Assembly: GCA_018060945.1 (NCBI GenBank)
Contig: JAGOVB010000002.1
Coordinates: forward strand, 975 to 64,974
Direction of reading: 5' to 3'
Length of the DNA stretch: 64,000 nt
Source of the DNA: Minisyncoccota bacterium
GTDB taxonomy: Bacteria > Patescibacteriota > Minisyncoccia > Phycocordibacterales > PALSA-1337
This document shows positions 61,124 to 64,000 of this stretch, piece by piece. The translations under genes and the position numbers were made by a program. The notes beneath the pieces are model-generated. The model worked only from the letters and a program-made list of their open reading frames with translations, did no database searches and was not told the DNA's origin. The stretch's first letter is position 1; every line of letters begins with the position of its first letter.

Positions 61124-63904
61124 TTTTGCTAGTTCGCAGAATTCACAATCTTTTTCATTACAACCACCTGAGAAGTCTCCATTCATAATCTTGCTGGAGA
61201 CTTCTTTTGTTGTTTCGATTATCTTTGTTGTATCGATATCTTCGTACTTTTCTACTTTATTTGACTCGATATAATCGAGCTCGCCTGAAACCATGTTGTA
61301 TTTCTGATCTAGATCGAGGAGCATCTTGTAGAACTGGAGCTGGCGTGCATATTTTTCTTTATTTTCAGTCTTCTTTTTTCCTGTTTTATAGTCGACCACA
61401 TTTACCTTTCTATCGTCGATGATCTCTATCTTATCGAGGTTTCCCTTTACCGTGATCCCATCCAAATCCTGCTCAACAGAGTACTCTGTCAGAATATTTT
61501 TATTCCAGACTTTATTTTTAAGATATGCAGAGAGGGCTTCCTTTCCTTTTTCTAATGTATCTTTATAATCGTCGTAGAGCGGCATCGTGCTTAATTTCTT
61601 TTCAAAAAACTTGAGTGCATCAAACTCCTTTTCTTCTTTGTAATGATTAAAAAATGCACGCAGGGTCTCGTGGATAGCGATTCCGTAGAGCTGATGCTTT
61701 GATGGAGCTTGCGGTATACGTACCAAGTTTACAAAGAAATATTTCCAGGCACATTCTAAATAATTGTTGAGTCCAGTCACCGCAATACCCTGATCGAGGA
61801 ATTTTTCTTTGATGGTTTCTACATCCAGTATAGTTTTTATTTTTACTTCTTTGTCTTTAAACATAAATTTTCCATCATCGGTAAATGTACCGACTTTTTT
61901 CTCGATGAGTGCAGGGTCTATTTCAGAAATAAACTCTGTCGGAATCGCATCATTTTCTGTATGATAGGTGATCGTTACTTCTTTTCGTGCGCGAGTGATG
62001 GCTACATAGAAAAGTCTTCGCTCATCTTGCGACTCTCCACTGTCTTCTTTGAGTAGTGGCACATGGAAATAGGTGCGGCGTTTTCGGCCTCCCCAGTGTC
62101 CGTCATTTGCTCCGAGAATATACACATACTCAAACTCTAATCCTTTTGATTTGTGGGCGGTCATGAGTCGTACTCCTGTTTTTTCTTTGTGCGCTGTTTT
62201 TATGAGCAGTCCATGTGTCTCGATAAGAGTGATGTGATCGATAAAATCAGAAAGGTAATATTCTTTCTTGGCCATGACTAGATTTTTTATTTCATCATAA
62301 AAAGCGGTGAGCACATCAAATCGCTCTGACTCTTGTACTGCATACGCCATGTATCCTGAGTCTTTTATAAACCATTCAAAAAACTCGAGGAATGGTTTGT
62401 TCTTCCCGCGCTTTACCCACTCTTTCAGATTCGGCAACAGATTGAAATCAAGCAAATGTCTTTTTTCTTTTCGTGCTGATTCGATTGCTTTTACTACTTC
62501 TAGTGCATCGTGTTCAAAAAATAAAACTTTAGCCAATATATCTTCTCGTGAGGGGTCATGTGCGAGTCGCAAAAGGTAAAGCAATCGCTTGATATGCTCG
62601 TTACTAAGTAGGTCCTGATCAGATTCTATCGTATATGGGATGCCGTACTTTTGTAATGTCTGTGCCATTGAGAAAGCGTCTTTATTGTCTCGATACAGTA
62701 TCGCTGTTTCTTGGTATGATTCTTTTATACTCTCTGCAATATATCTTTCTTCATGTAGTGGTGATCGACATTCGACTACTGATATCGGTGCTTTGTGTTC
62801 TATATTTGATCGGAGCGCAGTTGGATTTGTTTTATTATTCAAAATCAGAGAGTGTGATGCGTCCAAAATGTTTTGTGTTGAGCGATAGTTTTCCTCGAGG
62901 TGTACTAGTTTTGCACTAGGGTATATTTTTTTAAAATACAAAAAGTTTTCGAGACTTGCTCCCTGGAAACGGTATATTGCTTGCTTTTCATCTCCCACGA
63001 TAAAGAGGTTTGGATCTGGGTGAAAGCTTGATAGCAATTCTAGAATAGTGTTTTGTGCATTGTTTGCATCCTGATGCTCATCGGCCATGATGTACTGGTA
63101 TGTCTCCTGCACCTGTAGCAAAAAGTCAGCATCGTTTTTAAATGCCTTGATGGTCTCGATGATCATGTCTTCGTAGTCGTAGAGCTTGTCTTTCTTTAAT
63201 ACTTTTTCATACGCTTCGTAGACGGTGATGAGCTCGGTGTTTTTGTTTATCTGCTTCTCGAGATCGATATACTCACCTTTCATTTTTCCTTTATGCGCTC
63301 CCTTTTCATGATACAAATCAGGGATATTTTTGAAATCGAGCTTTTGCTGTGCGACGCTTTGCTCGAGATCTTTTATGCTGATCGCTTCGCGCTTCATAGT
63401 CTTTATCAAATTCAATAAAGATTTTAGATAAAACAAAGGTTCACCGTATGGTTTGATAAATTCAAAATCTGTTTTTAAAATAATATCTTCAACAATTTTT
63501 ATTTGGTCTACATCGGTGATAGAGGTACTTCCGATTATTCTTTCAAATTGTTCTGGAAATTCTTTGATGAGTCCATTACAAAATCCGTGGAATGTAGAGA
63601 TGCGCACTTTATAGCCCTGACTACCGACGATATTTACAAGCTTTTTACGCATCGCCTTGGCACCTGATTCGGTAAAGGTCAAAGCCAGTATGTTTTCTGG
63701 CGCTGTATCGGTCTTTTTAAGGATATTGGCAATACGTAACGTAAGAATAGACGTCTTACCAGTTCCAGGCCCCGCCACGACCATCACAGGCCCTTCTATA
63801 GCGTCTACAGCCTGCTTTTGAGCCGTATTAAGGTTGTTGTAGAGAGATTCGAAGGTGGGTTGCATGAGCATATTATACATGATAGACTTTTTACCGTAAG
63901 TCAC
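61109..63904 (-). CDS. UvrD/PcrA-type superfamily 1 helicase with a C-terminal PD-(D/E)XK (Cas4/AddB-like) nuclease domain
   Basis: It has AGPGTGKTS, the DEHQD box, VDYKTGK...QLQFY and the terminal Cys cluster GGCNEKDCEFC. The start is ambiguous among the first few Met codons. Confidence 0.85.
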   Translation of the reverse strand: MTYGKKSIMYNMLMQPTFESLYNNLNTAQKQAVDAIEGPVMVVAGPGTGKTSILTLRIANILKKTDTAPENILALTFTESGAKAMRKKLVNIVGSQGYKVRISTFHGFCNGLIKEFPEQFERIIGSTSITDVDQIKIVEDIILKTDFEFIKPYGEPLFYLKSLLNLIKTMKREAISIKDLEQSVAQQKLDFKNIPDLYHEKGAHKGKMKGEYIDLEKQINKNTELITVYEAYEKVLKKDKLYDYEDMIIETIKAFKNDADFLLQVQETYQYIMADEHQDANNAQNTILELLSSFHPDPNLFIVGDEKQAIYRFQGASLENFLYFKKIYPSAKLVHLEENYRSTQNILDASHSLILNNKTNPTALRSNIEHKAPISVVECRSPLHEERYIAESIKESYQETAILYRDNKDAFSMAQTLQKYGIPYTIESDQDLLSNEHIKRLLYLLRLAHDPSREDILAKVLFFEHDALEVVKAIESARKEKRHLLDFNLLPNLKEWVKRGKNKPFLEFFEWFIKDSGYMAYAVQESERFDVLTAFYDEIKNLVMAKKEYYLSDFIDHITLIETHGLLIKTAHKEKTGVRLMTAHKSKGLEFEYVYILGANDGHWGGRKRRTYFHVPLLKEDSGESQDERRLFYVAITRARKEVTITYHTENDAIPTEFISEIDPALIEKKVGTFTDDGKFMFKDKEVKIKTILDVETIKEKFLDQGIAVTGLNNYLECAWKYFFVNLVRIPQAPSKHQLYGIAIHETLRAFFNHYKEEKEFDALKFFEKKLSTMPLYDDYKDTLEKGKEALSAYLKNKVWNKNILTEYSVEQDLDGITVKGNLDKIEIIDDRKVNVVDYKTGKKKTENKEKYARQLQFYKMLLDLDQKYNMVSGELDYIESNKVEKYEDIDTTKIIETTKEVSSKIMNGDFSGGCNEKDCEFCELAKLLQQ

Positions 63905-64000
63905 CAGTTCTCCTAATACGGTTTAGGAGGTCCAGCGTCTCTAGTGCTAAAGCAATAGCGTTCTGAGACATTTTAAGTAAAAGAAGAACCCCGAAAGGGG

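Noticed and set aside
1-64000. CRISPR arrays, rRNA genes, intact IS elements or transposases, and a prophage
   Set aside because: I saw no regularly spaced direct repeats with unique spacers, no rRNA-like conserved stretches, and no transposase, integrase or phage structural ORFs in the six-frame track. The only trace is the truncated recombinase remnant.

Overview
This is a 64-kb, gene-dense, mostly AT-rich bacterial chromosome segment. The gene content suggests a small-genome Patescibacteria/CPR-like organism, which is inference only. That content includes a streamlined dcw cluster (mraZ-rsmH-ftsL-ftsI-murF), mreBCD-mrdA plus a second mreB, lysS/proS/hisS, greA, frr, rseP, def-fmt, priA, typA and ung. 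It also includes a minimal type IV pilus block, CxxC-x17-CxxC and DUF5679 zinc ribbons, several PEP-utilising swivel-domain paralogs and three NYN paralogs. I call about 85 CDS, 2 tRNAs (Glu-CUC, Asn-GUU), one recombinase remnant, several promoters and terminators, and 3 candidate small RNAs. I found no rRNA, no CRISPR array and no intact mobile element. Seven observations stand out. (1) A roughly 6-kb accessory island starts at the 3' end of tRNA-Asn, and its gene modules are separated by same-orientation copies of a 23-29 nt repeat (AATCAAACCTCACCTATCAACGCGAGCAT). Single NYN-RNase genes are bracketed by repeat pairs, and a truncated serine-recombinase remnant lies at the tRNA. (2) Four consecutive genes all end in a swivelling phosphohistidine domain, but only one carries the ATP-grasp module; a GC-rich, SixA-like histidine-phosphatase-fold gene is inserted among them on the opposite strand. 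(3) A recurrent extended -10 element sits 6 nt upstream of start codons, which implies leaderless mRNAs. (4) About ten short GC-rich islets lie in the AT-rich background. Two of them appear to be stand-alone minus-strand transcription units with their own promoter, C(UUCG)G hairpins and intrinsic terminators. (5) The PriA homolog has lost all helicase ATPase motifs but keeps its zinc-finger cysteines. (6) There are unusual domain fusions or truncations: XRE-HTH fused to MurA, a membrane bPH domain fused to AlbA_2, a prepilin N-terminus fused to an LVIVD beta-propeller, and a stand-alone IMP cyclohydrolase half of PurH. (7) Paired GTGGG direct repeats flank the mraZ promoter. All functional calls rest on motif recognition by eye, and no database search was run.
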